DNA from: Octopus vulgaris
Lineage: Eukaryota
DNA length: 64,000 bases
Assembly: GCA_951406725.2 (NCBI GenBank)
Contig: OX597839.1
Location: forward strand, 1,240,001-1,304,000
Direction: 5' to 3'
Within the stretch, counting starts at the first letter, position 1. Every line of letters starts with the position of its first letter. Below the pieces are notes generated by a model. The model saw nothing but the letters and a program-made list of their open reading frames with translations, did no database searches and was not told the DNA's origin. Below are positions 27,773 to 41,177 of this stretch, one piece after another. Position numbers and translations under genes: made by a program.

Positions 27773-29443
27773 CTAGCAGAGTTACCCGGCGTTGCCCGTG
27801 TTACATACAATTGAAGAATTAGACTTTTCTATTATATTTTCTGTAATGAACTGGAATACCTATGTTTCGAATTTCATCAAAATTGCAGATGAGGGTTATT
27901 TCCCTCTTTACATACCCTAAAACATTGTAATCATGCCACAAGTATCCCATACTACTGATTTTTATGCGCATATTCCAAAATTCCAGTCTTATTGAACCTA
28001 TTAAAGGATTTTGCTCCTGAAAAGTGGAGGTCATGGAGCTCTAAAATGTGAGAGTTAAGGCCCCTATTGGGGGTGGGTGTCTTAATGTCACCCAGAGAAG
28101 TTGAATTGTTGAGAATCTTTTTAACTTGGGTCTTTTATCTATTGTTTGAATTTCTTTGAAATAGGAAATATATGTTCACTGGGTTTGTAAAGGAGAGCAA
28201 GGCTACAGGAAACGAAAAGACGAATGATCACAATAAGCAGTCAGCTACCCTAGCCTAGTCATTGCTACTCCCAATGTAGTATTCCTCACCATCCAGGTGA
28301 CAGGCATAGCCATAAGATGCATTACGAATTTATAGCAATTGGGAGGGCGCGACCCAACTGAAATAAACATTAACAAATGTGTGACGTGAGGGCTAAGGAG
28401 AAATGAAAGCTGGAGTTTGCAAATTACCACTATACTGATACGTAACTGGACAGAATAAATTTACAATTTATAAATGTCTTTGAATAACCAGTCACTCAAC
28501 TGGGAAGGCCTTGAAATCAATGTTACCATCTGGGGACTATGATTGACCCAGTGAAAATAAAAAGAGTGAAAGGAGGTCTGCAATCAAATAGTGAACACTT
28601 TGCAACTGAATCAATGGAAGCAAAGATGCCTCTCATTTACTTGACAATTTATGCACCACATTGCAGAAATCACAATGTAATTGTATCTCAAAGCAAACTG
28701 TTACACTGTTGTACCATTGAATTACAAATAATGCTCATCTTTTATGCTCGGGTGACCGTACAGCTTCTAAGAGTACAACTGTATTCGTCTTTGCTAAGAT
28801 AAAATGACAAAATTGTGGGTGTTACGTCACTATAAAGAGATCTTTCTAACTTGTAAGAAGATGAAATTTTATAAATATTACTTCATTTGTATTTGATATC
28901 TATGGTTAAAATTTCATCAACAGCAAAAATATATGAATTGTCATGGGGATTATGGCCCTTATGCATAGAATATAATTTCCAAATTTCGCAAAGATTCATT
29001 CAGTACTTTTGACCTAGTTTTGGACCATAAAAGAAATTACTAAAATTTGGGAGTTAAGGTCCCCATGAGGGTATCTTAGAATCCTCATGTTAAGTGGAAA
29101 CTTTGAGAATGCTTCTTGATGTGTGCCAATTACCCATGCCTGAAATTTCATCAACATCGAAAATTTATGAATTTTCATGGTGGGGTTCTGCCCCCTTTAA
29201 GCCATCTGAAATTCAAACCAAACATATTGCATTATACCCGCCCTTATGCATTGAATCTAAGTTTCGAATATCACAAGGATTCATTCAGTAATTTTGGTCC
29301 ATGAAATTGTATGGAACAAACAGCATTACCCTTCTCCCTAGGCTTGGATTTTGCGTTACAAATTTCATTATGATCGGTTCAGCAGTTTTCGAATGAATAA
29401 GTAACACACGAATACATAAAGACATTGACTTTGATATAATAGA
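27773..29443 (-). mobile_element. Non-autonomous Helitron-like element
   Basis: Minus strand begins TCTATTATAT and ends with a GC-rich hairpin (CGGGCAACGCCGGG) then CTAG, like the termini at 63129-63921. Internal duplication near 28900 and 29145. Confidence 0.65.
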
Positions 29444-29742
29444 TACGAATGTGCACATATACATTCATATATATATATACATGTGTGTGTGCGTGTGTGT
29501 GTGTGTATAGGTAAACAAAAATATGAGACAGAGCCTAGTGCTTTTTATGTTGATAAGTCTGGTACTTATTCTATTAGTTTCTTCTTGTGAAACCAGTAAG
29601 TTATGGGGATGTAAATAAACGAACAGCAGTTATGAAGCAGTGATGAGGACGAAACACAGAAACAAAGTCACATACACTTACATATATACATACATATATA
29701 TATGATTGATTTCTTTACGTTTGTGTCAACGAAATCCATATA

Positions 29743-30150
29743 TTCTCTTTTACTCTTTTCTCTTTTACTTGTTTCAGTCATTTGACTGCGGCCATGCTGG
29801 AGCACCGCCTTTAATCGAGCAACTCGAGGGACTTATTCTTTATAAGCCCAGTACTTATTCTATCGGTCTCTTTTTTGCCGAACCGCTAAGTGACGGGGAC
29901 GTAAACACACCAGTATCGGTTGTCAAGCAATGCTAGGGGAACAAACACAGACACAAACAAACACATATATATATATACATATATACGACAGGCTTCTTTC
30001 AGTTTCCGTCTACCAAATCCACTCACAAGGCATTGGTCGGCCCGGGGCTATAGCAGAAGACACTTGCCCAAGATGCCACGCAGTGGGACTGAACCCGGAA
30101 CCATGTGGTTGGTTAGCAAGCTACATACCACACAGCCACTCCTGCGCCTA
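29743..30150 (-). mobile_element. Near full-length tRNA-derived SINE with internal microsatellite
   Basis: Head matches 1-168; body matches 38820-38980 and 58640-58805. Decayed tandem neighbours at 29520-29740 and 30230-30580. Confidence 0.8.
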
Positions 30151-30679
30151 TATATATATATATTATATATATGTATACACAGACACACACATAAATAAAT
30201 TAATAGATACAATTGAGTGGGCAAACAAAAGTATGAGATACTGCCTAGTGGGGTTTTTTTTATTTTGATAAGCCTGGTACTTATTCTATCAGTTTCTTTT
30301 TGTGAAACGAGTAAGTTATGGGGTTATAAATAAACGAACAGCAGTCGTGAAGCAGTGATGAGAGAGAAATACAAAGACACACATACAGACTTACATATAT
30401 GCATACATATATATACGATTGATTTCTTTCAATTTCTGTCTATAAAATCCACTGACAAGGCTTTGGTTGGTTTGAGGCTATAGCAGAAGACACAGGCCAA
30501 GTTACCATACAGTGGGACTGAACCCAGGACCATGTGTTTTGGAACCATGTTTGTTACCACACAGCCACACTTGCACCTATGTATGTGTGTGACTATAGGT
30601 GTATATATATATATGCATGGATATATGTATATATATATGTGTACATATTACATGTACATCTATATATATATATAAGAAA

Positions 30680-31113
30680 TATTGAATTTCTAAATCTCTC
30701 GTAGAGACATGTACGGTTGTGGGGCGATAGAATGGTTGTATAATGTCAATCTAACAAGAACGTGACAGTAGGGGGTACACCACCGCTGTATAGTCCTAGG
30801 AAGCATCGAACGCCTCCTGATGGCTTTGACACATTTTTCCCTGTGTCCTTATATACACTTACGAAGGGGAGACAAACACCCCCGGCTGCCGGAACTGCAT
30901 CCAGGGACACGTGTTTCAGGATCGTTGTCCTTCATCGGCCTAGAGTAGCAGACACCGGTCAGCCGGTGATATTTGCCTCGAATAGACTTCACTGAATATA
31001 GATATATACAAATACGAAGTCGAGACATCAGAAGGCGTTCGATGCTTCCTAGGGCTATACAGCGGTGGTGTACCCCCTACTGTCACGTTCTTGTTAGATT
31101 GACAGTATACAAC

Positions 31114-31120
<7 letters not shown>
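30680..31120. mobile_element. Inverted-repeat element (family E) with HHR in the spacer
   Basis: ~100-bp arms at 30728-30830 and 31019-31120; (TA)n flanks. Confidence 0.85.
30901..30943 (-). ncRNA. Minimal HHR motif with CCGAUGA core variant
   Basis: CTAGG-CCGATGA-AGGA-caacga-TCCT-GAAA-CACGTG-TC-CCTGG. Confidence 0.7.
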
Positions 31121-31174
<54 letters not shown>

Positions 31175-31272
31175 TCTATACATATACATATACATTTATA
31201 TCTATAGAAATAAATCTATACATATATACCTGTACATATAAATGTATACATATATATCTATATATATACATG

Positions 31273-31312
<40 letters not shown>

Positions 31313-31579
31313 CAATTAAGGACAACTACTTAATAAGGAAAACTTAACAAGAAATTGTCAGGTAGATAGCGTGAAAACCTCATAAGAGAAAAAATTTCGA
31401 AAATAATTATTTCTTATTGAACATATTAATTTATATATAGAGGGCATTATACATACATGCAAGAAGGCATTATACATACATGCCACACGCTAAGAGGGAC
31501 AATTAGTCATTTCTACCAAAAATATTACTAATCCCACCGAATGCAATTTTTCAAAGTAAGACATTTAAAAAAATATAGA

Positions 31580-31621
31580 CCTGTATCACAGTGATTTCAT
31601 ACTTACGTATTCATCAGCAGG
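31580..31621 (-). ncRNA. Type I hammerhead ribozyme (family A)
   Basis: Reverse complement of the intact 42-nt motif. Confidence 0.85.
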
Positions 31622-32157
31622 CCTGAATGTATTATAAATAAACAACGACCCTGCCCCGCTTAAGCCGATCAGCTAACTGATCAACATCAACGAAGCACAT
31701 GGGTGAGTTTACATATATTACATCCGGATAAATGGCAAACTTTTACGAATTGCATTTCGGGTGGGATTAGTAATATTTTTGGTAGAAATGACTAATTGTC
31801 CCTCTTAGCGTGTGGCATGTATGTATAATGCCTTCTGGCATGTATGTATAATGCCCTCTATATATAAATTAATATGTTCAATAAGAAATAATTATTTTCG
31901 AAATTTTTTCTCTTATGAGGTTTTCACGCTATCTACCTGACAATTTCTTGTTAAGTTTTCCTTATTAAGTAGTTGTCCTTAATTGCTAAATTTTTATTCC
32001 GAAAAAACTTTTCCTCTCCCGAAATGCAATTCGTAAAAGTTTGCCATTTATCCGGATGTAATATATGTAAACTCACCCATGTGCTTCGTTGATGTTGATC
32101 AGTTAGCTGATCGGCTTTAGCGGGGCAGGGTCGTTGTTTATTTATAATACATTCAGG

Positions 32158-32199
32158 CCTGCTGATGAATACGTAAGTATGAAATCACTGTGATACAGG
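32158..32199 (+). ncRNA. Type I hammerhead ribozyme (family A, copy 1)
   Basis: CCTG-CTGATGA-ATACGTAAGTAT-GAAA-TCACTGTGA-TA-CAGG. Confidence 0.88.
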
Positions 32200-32638
32200 T
32201 CTATATTTTTTTAAATGTCTTACTTTGAAAAATTGCATTCGGTGGGATTAGTAATATTTTTGGTAGAAATGACTAATTGTCCCTCTTAGCGTGTGGCATG
32301 TATGTATAATGCCTTCTGGCATGTATGTATAATGCCCGCTATATATAAATTAATATGTTCATTAAGAAATAATTATTTTCGAAATTTTTTCTCTTATGAG
32401 GTTTTCACGCTATCTACCTGACAATTTCTTGTTAAGTTTTCCTTATTAAGTAGTTGTCCTTAATTGCTAAATTTTTATTCCGAAAAAACTTTTCCTCTCC
32501 CGAAATGCAATTCGTAAAAGTTTGCCATTTATCCGGATGTAATATATGTAAACTCACCCATGTGCTTCGTTGATGTTGATCAGTTAGCTGATCGGCTTAA
32601 GCGGGGCAGGGTCGTTGTTTATTTATAATACATTCAGG

Positions 32639-32680
32639 CCTGCTGATGAATACGTAAGTATGAAATCACTGTGATACAGG
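32639..32680 (+). ncRNA. Type I hammerhead ribozyme (family A, copy 2)
   Basis: Identical motif. Confidence 0.88.
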
Positions 32681-33119
32681 TCTATATTTTTTTAAATGTC
32701 TTACTTTGAAAAATTGCATTCGGTGGGATTAGTAATATTTTTGGTAGAAATGACTAATTGTCCCTCTTAGCGTGTGGCATGTATGTATAATGCCTTCTGG
32801 CATGTATGTATAATGCCCTCTAAATATAAATTAATATGTTCAATAAGAAATAATTATTTTCGAAATTTTTTCTCTTATGAGGTTTTCACGCTATCTACCT
32901 GACAATTTCTTGTTAAGTTTTCCTTATTAAGTAGTTGTCCTTAATTGCTAAATTTTTATTCCGAAAAAACTTTTCCTCTCCCGAAATGCAATTCGTAAAA
33001 GTTTGCCATTTATCCGGATGTAATATATGTAAACTCACCCATGTGCTTCGTTGATGTTGATCAGTTAGCCGATCGGCTTAAGCGGGGCAGGGTCGTTGTT
33101 TATTTATAATACATTCAGG

Positions 33120-33161
33120 CCTGCTGATGAATACGTAAGTATGAAATCACTGTGATACAGG
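33120..33161 (+). ncRNA. Type I hammerhead ribozyme (family A, copy 3)
   Basis: Identical motif. Confidence 0.88.
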
Positions 33162-33600
33162 TCTATATTTTTTTAAATGTCTTACTTTGAAAAATTGCAT
33201 TCGGTGGGATTAGTAATATTTTTGGTAGAAATGACTAATTGTCCCTCTTAGCGTGTGGCATGTATGTATAATGCCTTCTGGCATGTATGTATAATGCCCG
33301 CTATATATAAATTAATATGTTCAATAAGAAATAATTATTTTCGAAATTTTTTCTCTTATGAGGTTTTCACGCTATCTACCTGACAATTTCTTGTTAAGTT
33401 TTCCTTATTAAGTAGTTGTCCTTAATTGCTAAATTTTTATTCCGAAAAAACTTTTCCTCTCCCGAAATGCAATTCGTAAAAGTTTGCCATTTATCCGGAT
33501 GTAATATATGTAAACTCACCCATGTGCTTCGTTGATGTTGATCAGTTAGCTGATCGGCTTAAGCGGGGCAGGGTCGTTGTTTATTTATAATACATTCAGG

Positions 33601-33642
33601 CCTGCTGATGAATACGTAAGTATGAAATCACTGTGATACAGG
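33601..33642 (+). ncRNA. Type I hammerhead ribozyme (family A, copy 4)
   Basis: Identical motif. Confidence 0.88.
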
Positions 33643-33782
33643 TCTATATTTTTTTAAATGTCTTACTTTGAAAAATTGCATTCGGTGGGATTAGTAATAT
33701 TTTTGGTAGAAATGACTAATTGTCCCTCTTAGCGTGTGGCATGTATGTATAATGCCTTCTGGCATGTATGTATAATGCCCTC

Positions 33783-33836
<54 letters not shown>

Positions 33837-34017
33837 CATGTATGTATATATATATACATATATACACATATACATGTAAATTTAAATTTAAAATAATAAG
33901 GGTGAAAAATTGAATATTAATTTGATTAATATCAATTTAAAACCAGTGGTGTAGCCTATTGAAACGTCTGAAGTTTCAGAAAAAAATTATATTACATACA
34001 TATAAGAGGGATTAGGT

Positions 34018-34126
34018 GTAAGTGGACATCCATTATGCTAGAAAAAAATCTCTATGGTCTTACCATTCCTTTGTTAGTGGTAAGACCATAGCGGATCTTC
34101 TTCTAGCGTAATGAATGTCCACTTAC
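34018..34126. repeat. Imperfect hairpin (~48-bp arms)
   Basis: GTAAGTGGACAT..CTATGGTCTTACCA pairs with TGGTAAGACCATAG..ATGTCCACTTAC around a 12-nt loop. Confidence 0.75.
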
Positions 34127-34518
34127 AGTTCATCCCACTTATATAATAGTTTCACCTTAATAGTTTCAGTATTAAAGTGAAACCGTCTGACATTACAATA
34201 CAGAGATGTTTTTGTTTCACTTTTGACACGTAATACTGAAATAGTGGAGAAAATATGATATTGCTCTGGGCTCGCCATAGTCAAGAAGTTAACGTTTTTT
34301 GCCCATGACATTACATGAACCTTAAATAAAGCATGTGTAAAATTTGAATGAAATTGGTTGTGTAGTTCTCAGGTTTCAAGGGTTCACACAGACACACAGA
34401 CACACAGACAGACACATATTCTCAGTTTTATATATCTATATATCTATATCTATATATATATATTACGTTGTAACTGTATATAGATAGATAGACAGAAACA
34501 TGCAAACGCACGCATATG

Positions 34519-34594
<76 letters not shown>

Positions 34595-34724
34595 GGGAAA
34601 ATTTACAAAAAGACAAAAGACGAAGACAGGTGGTGTAGAAAACAAACAGACGTATAAGTATAACTCTCGGGAAGTGAAAATGTCTTTAACGTTTCGAGCC
34701 TAAGCACTTACACACACACACACA

Positions 34725-34768
<44 letters not shown>

Positions 34769-35121
34769 TATATATATATAGGAAAAGGTTGGAAGCTGCA
34801 ACGAAAATTTCAGGAACTGATAAATAAATGAGTGGAAATCGAACCGGTGAGTGTGTTAGATAATAAGGCACTAAATGAGAATGACTATCACCAGACACTT
34901 TAATATACATTTTTTTATTCATTACATTAAACAATCTTTTGTATATCAATAGCTTTAAATAAACAGAAGAGTTCTTATATATCACCAATATAATTGTAAT
35001 TTATAGTTTTATACACGTTCTATTACAGTTTCTCGATTAAGTGAGACCCTGATACTTAATTTAAATATATACGTACATACATACATACATACATACATAC
35101 ATGCATACATACATGCATACA

Positions 35122-35157
<36 letters not shown>

Positions 35158-35172
35158 TTTATATATATATTC

Positions 35173-35690
35173 AAGTGAATTGAATGTTGTGTGGATGTCG
35201 GTGTGAGTGTGTTCGCGTGTGTGTGTGTATTCATGAAAATAAAACCATTAATATGAGGTAACTCCATAATAGGATGTCATTCGTAGAAACATAGATATAT
35301 AGATTTGAGAATCAAAGGAAATCTATTTATTCATGCTCCATAAACTATAAACTTGATGTGACCGATAGCTTATACAATTGCAGTTTTGGGGTGTGTTTTT
35401 TTGCTAACGTCATTGTTATTTATTAATTTGCTTGACCTCAATATCCTATTCTGGTGAATAACTTTAACAATAATGCAATTCTCAGAATTCGAAGTGTAAG
35501 GTATACGACACGTTAAAGTGACCCCTTTTGTGTTTTATTTGTTAGAAAATCTGAGTCATCGGCTTGTTCGTACCATACATATATGTACTTTCATACAGGG
35601 GTTGCTGTGTCGTACGTATCTTCCTTACTAACCACATGGTTTCAGGTTCAGCCATACTGCGTTACACCTTGGGCAAGTGTCTTCTAAAAT
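35173..35690 (+). repeat. Local duplication (copy 1; copy 2 at 38293-38810)
   Basis: Near-identical ~520-bp segments that include a SINE head. Confidence 0.9.
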
Positions 35691-35753
35691 AGCCTCGGGC
35701 CGACCAAAGCCTTTTGAGTGGATTTGGCAGTCGGAAACTGAAGGAAGCCCGTC

Positions 35754-35804
<51 letters not shown>

Positions 35805-35805
<1 letters not shown>

Positions 35806-37280
35806 GGGAAAGTGAAAAAAACGAAACTCGTCAATAAGACATTTTAGCAAAAAATGATGGATTTGTATAGCGATAGACAGAACGCTATTAATATTGTTTA
35901 AAAAAACGTTATATGATATAACGTCATAAGTAGGTAACAGAAAGAGTAGGGATATTAATAGTGAATGTTAAATATAAAGGAAATTAAAGTTTAAATTATA
36001 TATAATGATAGAGACTACTTATAAGCGAATGAAGGCAGATAACCCTTATTTAATCCCCTATTATAGATCTAAAAGTAAATATAACACCTTCAAAAGTAAT
36101 TACGCTATGAATACTAGTAAAAATATTTGGTTAATAATCCCTTACGGGAGACAAATTAAATCTAATCTCCCACTGCTGTTTCGTCAAGCTATTGCTAGGA
36201 ATTTTCCAAACAATTCTAGATATTACTCTATAATTAATTCACATAAGGTTAGGATAGGTTTTTCAAACACAAAATATCTCTTGCAAATTATATCTTCTCA
36301 TAATAACAAACTGTTAAATATTAATACATTTACTAATACTAACATTAATTTAGCTAATACCATCCAACCCTCTAGAAATATTAATAACAAGGTTATTGTA
36401 TCTGAAGTCAATTCCAATAGAATTAAGTTTATGTCAAGTAACTCTAAGGTTAAAAATTCTATATACCAGTGTATAATCAGTACTCGTAATAAAGTACGAT
36501 TTTACATTGGAAGCATATCGTTAGAGTTATCTAAAAGAATTTCTATCCATTACTCAACATTTAGGGATAGAAATAAACGGAATAGTACCGGTCTCAGCAA
36601 ACTGATTTGGGATTTAAAAGATCACAATGAACAATTTCATTTAGAATGGTTGACACTCTCAATTTCGATACCATATGACAAAGGCGAGAAATTCTGTCTT
36701 CTCTGCAATTCTGAGCTTCTAAAAATACTCTAGTAAACACGGTTATAGAGCGAGCATACAGATGTAAGCATTGGCAAAAACATACATTTAGTGCATATAA
36801 GTAGTCTCTATCATTATATATAATTTAAACTTTAATTTCCATTATATTTAACATTCACTATTAATATCCCTACTCTTTCTGTTAGCTACTTATGACGTTA
36901 TATCATAAAACGTTTTTGTAAACAATATTAATAGCGTTCTGTCTATCGCTATACAAATCCATAATTTTTTTGCTAAAATGGCTTATTGACGAGTTTCGTT
37001 TTTTTCACTTTCCCGAAGAGAAGATTGCATTGTTTATACCATTTATTCTTTTGAATAGTATCAGTGGAATTTTCGAAAAATGTGTCGAAAGTAAAAATAT
37101 TTGTTTACACCTGCGTTAACTCCATTTTTTATTCATATTATTCAAATATTCAACGTAAACACGAAGTTTCTACCTTTATAAACAAGGAGTTACAACACCT
37201 TTACTTGTGAGATTTTTGCTGCCCTGGTAACTATTTATTTATTTTTCCGTGTTAATTGTTAACAAGGTAAAAATACACTC

Positions 37281-37290
<10 letters not shown>
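35805..37290 (+). mobile_element. Penelope-like element with inverted terminal copy
   Basis: 35805-36020 is the reverse complement of ~36800-37015. It encloses a GIY-YIG ORF and is flanked by (TA)n. Confidence 0.85.
36005..36733 (+). pseudogene. GIY-YIG endonuclease of a Penelope-like element (no RT)
   Basis: NSIYQC..FYIGS..KRISIH..STGLSKLIWDLKD..LEW..PY..CLLC; RCKH follows after the stop. Confidence 0.85.
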
Positions 37291-37346
<56 letters not shown>

Positions 37347-37470
37347 TTATAACTCGCTCTGAGATTTATCATTGTTTGATTACACTTTTTCAATATCAGT
37401 GTCAATCGATACTGGAAGAAGTATATGTATTTGTGAAGGGAACCTACTTCTCATCGACAACTATGATTGT

Positions 37471-37515
37471 CACACGCCGATGACGGGTCAATACCCTGAA
37501 ACTTGAGTCCCTGTG
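37471..37515 (+). ncRNA. Minimal HHR motif with CCGAUGA core variant
   Basis: CACACG-CCGATGA-cGGGT-caat-ACCCt-GAAA-CTTGAG-TC-CCTGTG, inside a ~352-bp unit bounded by direct repeats at ~37346 and ~37698. Confidence 0.65.
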
Positions 37516-37722
37516 TATCATAAGTTGAAGACGGGAAGGATGGCTTCCCTTTGCAAATACTGATAGGGCACAGAAAGTGTGTCTATAGCCAGCTGGAGGA
37601 GGTGTCCTCCTGGGGCTACAAACTACAGTAGCATCCACCCTTAGGGGTTAGCCATATTAAAATGGCAAATATACGTCACGATGTGTTGCTGCTACTGTTT
37701 ATAACTCGCTCTGAGATTTATC

Positions 37723-37794
<72 letters not shown>

Positions 37795-39182
37795 GTTGTT
37801 GTTAAAACAGCAAAAGATTGTCTTTGACGCAAAGTTGTTTGAACTAATATTATTTGAGATATATAGAAATATGTTTCGACAGTTGTAGATTCTACTTAAT
37901 TAATTTGCTCGTTATAATTTTGTTGCATTTGAATTGTAATTTGCTATGTAGTTGAAACATTAACGCTCACGCTCACAATACATAGGCATTTGAATTTATT
38001 TTTTTCAATCTAGCCGCCCTTTCACATGAAATTTCGTCTATCTTTAAACCTTTAGCTCCGATGAGGCTTATATATGAATTGAATTGTTTGTATATAAAAA
38101 AAATGTATATTGGTCGAAACAAATTATTTTTTGTTTTTTTATGATTTTAATGTCATGTTATTTTATATTCATAGTATATTATTTTATATTATAATGTAAA
38201 TACATGGTTAGATTACCAGTTGTACCTCTCTAGTTAATTTATTGATTGTAAAATACTTAATACACATATCTATGTGGAATTCAACTGACGTACAAGTGAA
38301 TTGAATGTTGTGTGGGTGTCGGTGTGAGTGGGTTCGCCTTGTGTGTGTATTCATGAAAATAGAACCATTAGTATGAGGTAACTCCATAATAGGATGTCAT
38401 TCGTAGAAACATAGATATATAGATTTGAGAATCAAAGAAAATCTATTTATTCATGCTCCATAAATTATAAACATGATATGACCGATAGCTTATACAATTG
38501 CAGTTTTGGGGTGTGTTTTTTTTGCTAACGTCATTGTTAATTATTAATTTGCTTGACCACAATATCCTATTCTAGTGAATAATTTTAACAATAATGCAAT
38601 TCTCAGAATTCGAAGTGTAAGGTATACGACGGGTTAAAGTGACCTCTTTTGTGTTTTATTTGTTAGAAAATCTTGAGTCATCGGCTTATTCGTACCATAC
38701 ATATATGTACTTTCATACAGGGGTTGCTGTGTTGTACGTATCTTCCTTACTAACCACATGGTTTCAGGTTCAGCCCCACTGCGTTACACCTTGGGAAAGT
38801 GTCTTCTAAAAAATGCCTGTGAGCTTACATCGCTGCAACTTAGCAGTTCGGCGAAACAGACCGATAGGATAAGTACTAGGCTTACAAAGAATAAGTTCTG
38901 GGGTAGATTTATCCGACGAAAGGCGGTGCTCCAGCAAGGCCACAGTCAAATGACTGAAACAGGAAAGAGAATAAAAGAATATGTATATGAAATAAAACTT
39001 TTATGGAACAGTGAATCTCGTAGAAAGTTTTTTAATCCAATATTTAAATAGTATTATTTATAGCTCTACGTTATTCGAGATCCACTTCTTCAGAAACATA
39101 ATTCTTCCCCACCCACATAGATTGTATATGTGATTTGGACCACCAAGAGCTGCAGTTAAATTCTGATCTTTATTTATCTAAC

Positions 39183-39299
<117 letters not shown>

Positions 39300-39662
39300 T
39301 CTTTATTAGCCACGCAAGGCCGAACACAGAGGGGATAATACAATGTAGAACTTTTCTTTTCTAAAGAAGGAAAGAAAAGAAGAAAGAAAGAAAGGAAGGA
39401 AGAATAAACGAATGAATGAATGGAAGAAAAGGAGAAAGAAAAAAAGGAAGGAAGGAAGAAGGACAGAAAAGACGGAAAGAAAAATGAAAGAAAGAAAGAA
39501 AAAAGAAAGAAAATCAATCAAAAGGGATCGAAAGCGTTTTGAACGTGTAAAAAGCAAAATAAGGTGGGGTAAAAATGTAAGACAGATTAGGTTTATCCGT
39601 GGAAAGAAAAGCCTTCGGTAACCTCAAACAGGGAAAGTAACACATGAGAACATAGCTCTCTC

Positions 39663-39704
<42 letters not shown>

Positions 39705-39709
39705 TTTAG

Positions 39710-39915
39710 GATTTATAGGATCATGATTAAAGTGGTTTCGTCATTCCCGCGTACCATCTTTGCTACATTCACCCACCTTTTTTGAGACAAAAGTTCCCTC
39801 TCTATTCTCATCTTCCTTTTCAAGTGGTACTTGAAAAAGTTGATGAGCGATAGGCCAGAGAGGAAAGTGTTTGACTCTAAACCTTTTGCACGTGAGCCTG
39901 GCGAGGCTTTAAAAG
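39710..39915 (-). mobile_element. Possible L1/Tx1-type LINE 3' remnant
   Basis: LINFFKYHLKRKMRIERE..KRWVNVA resembles L1/Tx1 ORF2 C-termini; short. Confidence 0.35.
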
Positions 39916-40905
39916 GGCGCATTTATTATTTATTTTCTGGGAGTTCTAGAACGATCGACAGTTAGTTCTCTCTTCTTTCTCCAACCCCTGGTACTTATTC
40001 GCCTTCTTTCATAGTTTTTCATGTCTTTTAGTTCGGAGGAAAAAAAAAACATAGTCTTTTTTAATATTTTTTCAGGCACGTTTAACGTTTCCTCTACAAA
40101 CTACAAACAAGCTCCCCCGCTACCTTCCTTTTTTTTTTCTTTCTCATACAAAAACTAATGTTTAATACACTTGCTTTCTCTGTCTCTCCCTGTCCGATGT
40201 ATGTATGTATGTATGTATGTATGTATATATCTACCCACCTATTTATCTATCTTTACAAACACACGAACACACACGCATGTAAACACACAAATACACACAA
40301 ATACACAAAGATGCGCGCGCGCACACGCACACACATGTTGCAGGAGAATGCTATCGTTTATTTTTCCTTTGCAATGCTTAACTGTATTTATGTATAAATG
40401 TGCTACTGTGCGTTCCTATGTTGTCTGCTTAGCCACATACGAGAAAATATCCGAAATCCCTTTACAGGACCTTCAAGACTTGTGACAAGTATGGAAGACG
40501 ATATCCTCAAATCACGAACTCGTTAAAGCCCGTAGGACCGACCGGCCGTCCAAATCAGGCAATTTAACTGAGTGCTTGCTACAAATTGAACATTTTCGCA
40601 CGATGACAAGATTAATATACAGGTAGAGTGAAAATGGAGAGTGGGAGGAATGGTTAGCACACTGGGAAAATGCTTCGCAGCATTTCGTCTGTTTTTACAT
40701 TCTATGTTCAAATCCATTCGAGGTCGACTACTTTTTGGGGTTGATGAAATAAGAAGCAGTTGAGCACTGGGTTCAAAGTAATCGAAAAGAGTAGAGCAAA
40801 GGGCGATACAATACAATAAAAACGATGTTACATAAAATTGTGTAAACAATAAAATATCAAATACAGAGAAACAAAATATTCACTCTGCTCTATTTTTCTA
40901 TATAT

Positions 40906-41177
40906 TGTTACACGTCACCAATTGTTGTAGTATCGCCGCTATTAATGATGACAGTTTTTTACACTATAACCGTGTAGTAACAACAAAATGTATAACGAAG
41001 CTGGGTAACAACAACGTAACGATCCAGGAAACTCTCCATCAACTATACATGAAACAACAACCGATACCTTACGACTTGATTAACGCCCACTCTCTGTCTC
41101 TCACTCAGACCGCTGCTATTTATAGTCATTCAGTCAAGTCTATTCTCGCAGGGAGTGTCGTGACTCTCGCCACAACA
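40906..41177. mobile_element. Putative LTR (TGTT...AACA)
   Basis: Short inverted termini. Lies downstream of the minus-strand Gypsy pol remnant; a polypurine-tract-like sequence sits at ~41540-41550. Confidence 0.4.

Larger units (their letters stand above)
31309..33788. mobile_element. HHR repeat family A array: one inverted unit plus ~4.2 tandem 481-bp units
   Basis: CTGATGA at 32162, 32643, 33124 and 33605 (exact 481-bp period). Minus unit ~31309-31760. No ORF in the track. Confidence 0.95.

Noticed and set aside
31309-33788. CRISPR-like array
   Set aside because: Units are fully repeated with no unique spacers; eukaryotic context and no cas genes.
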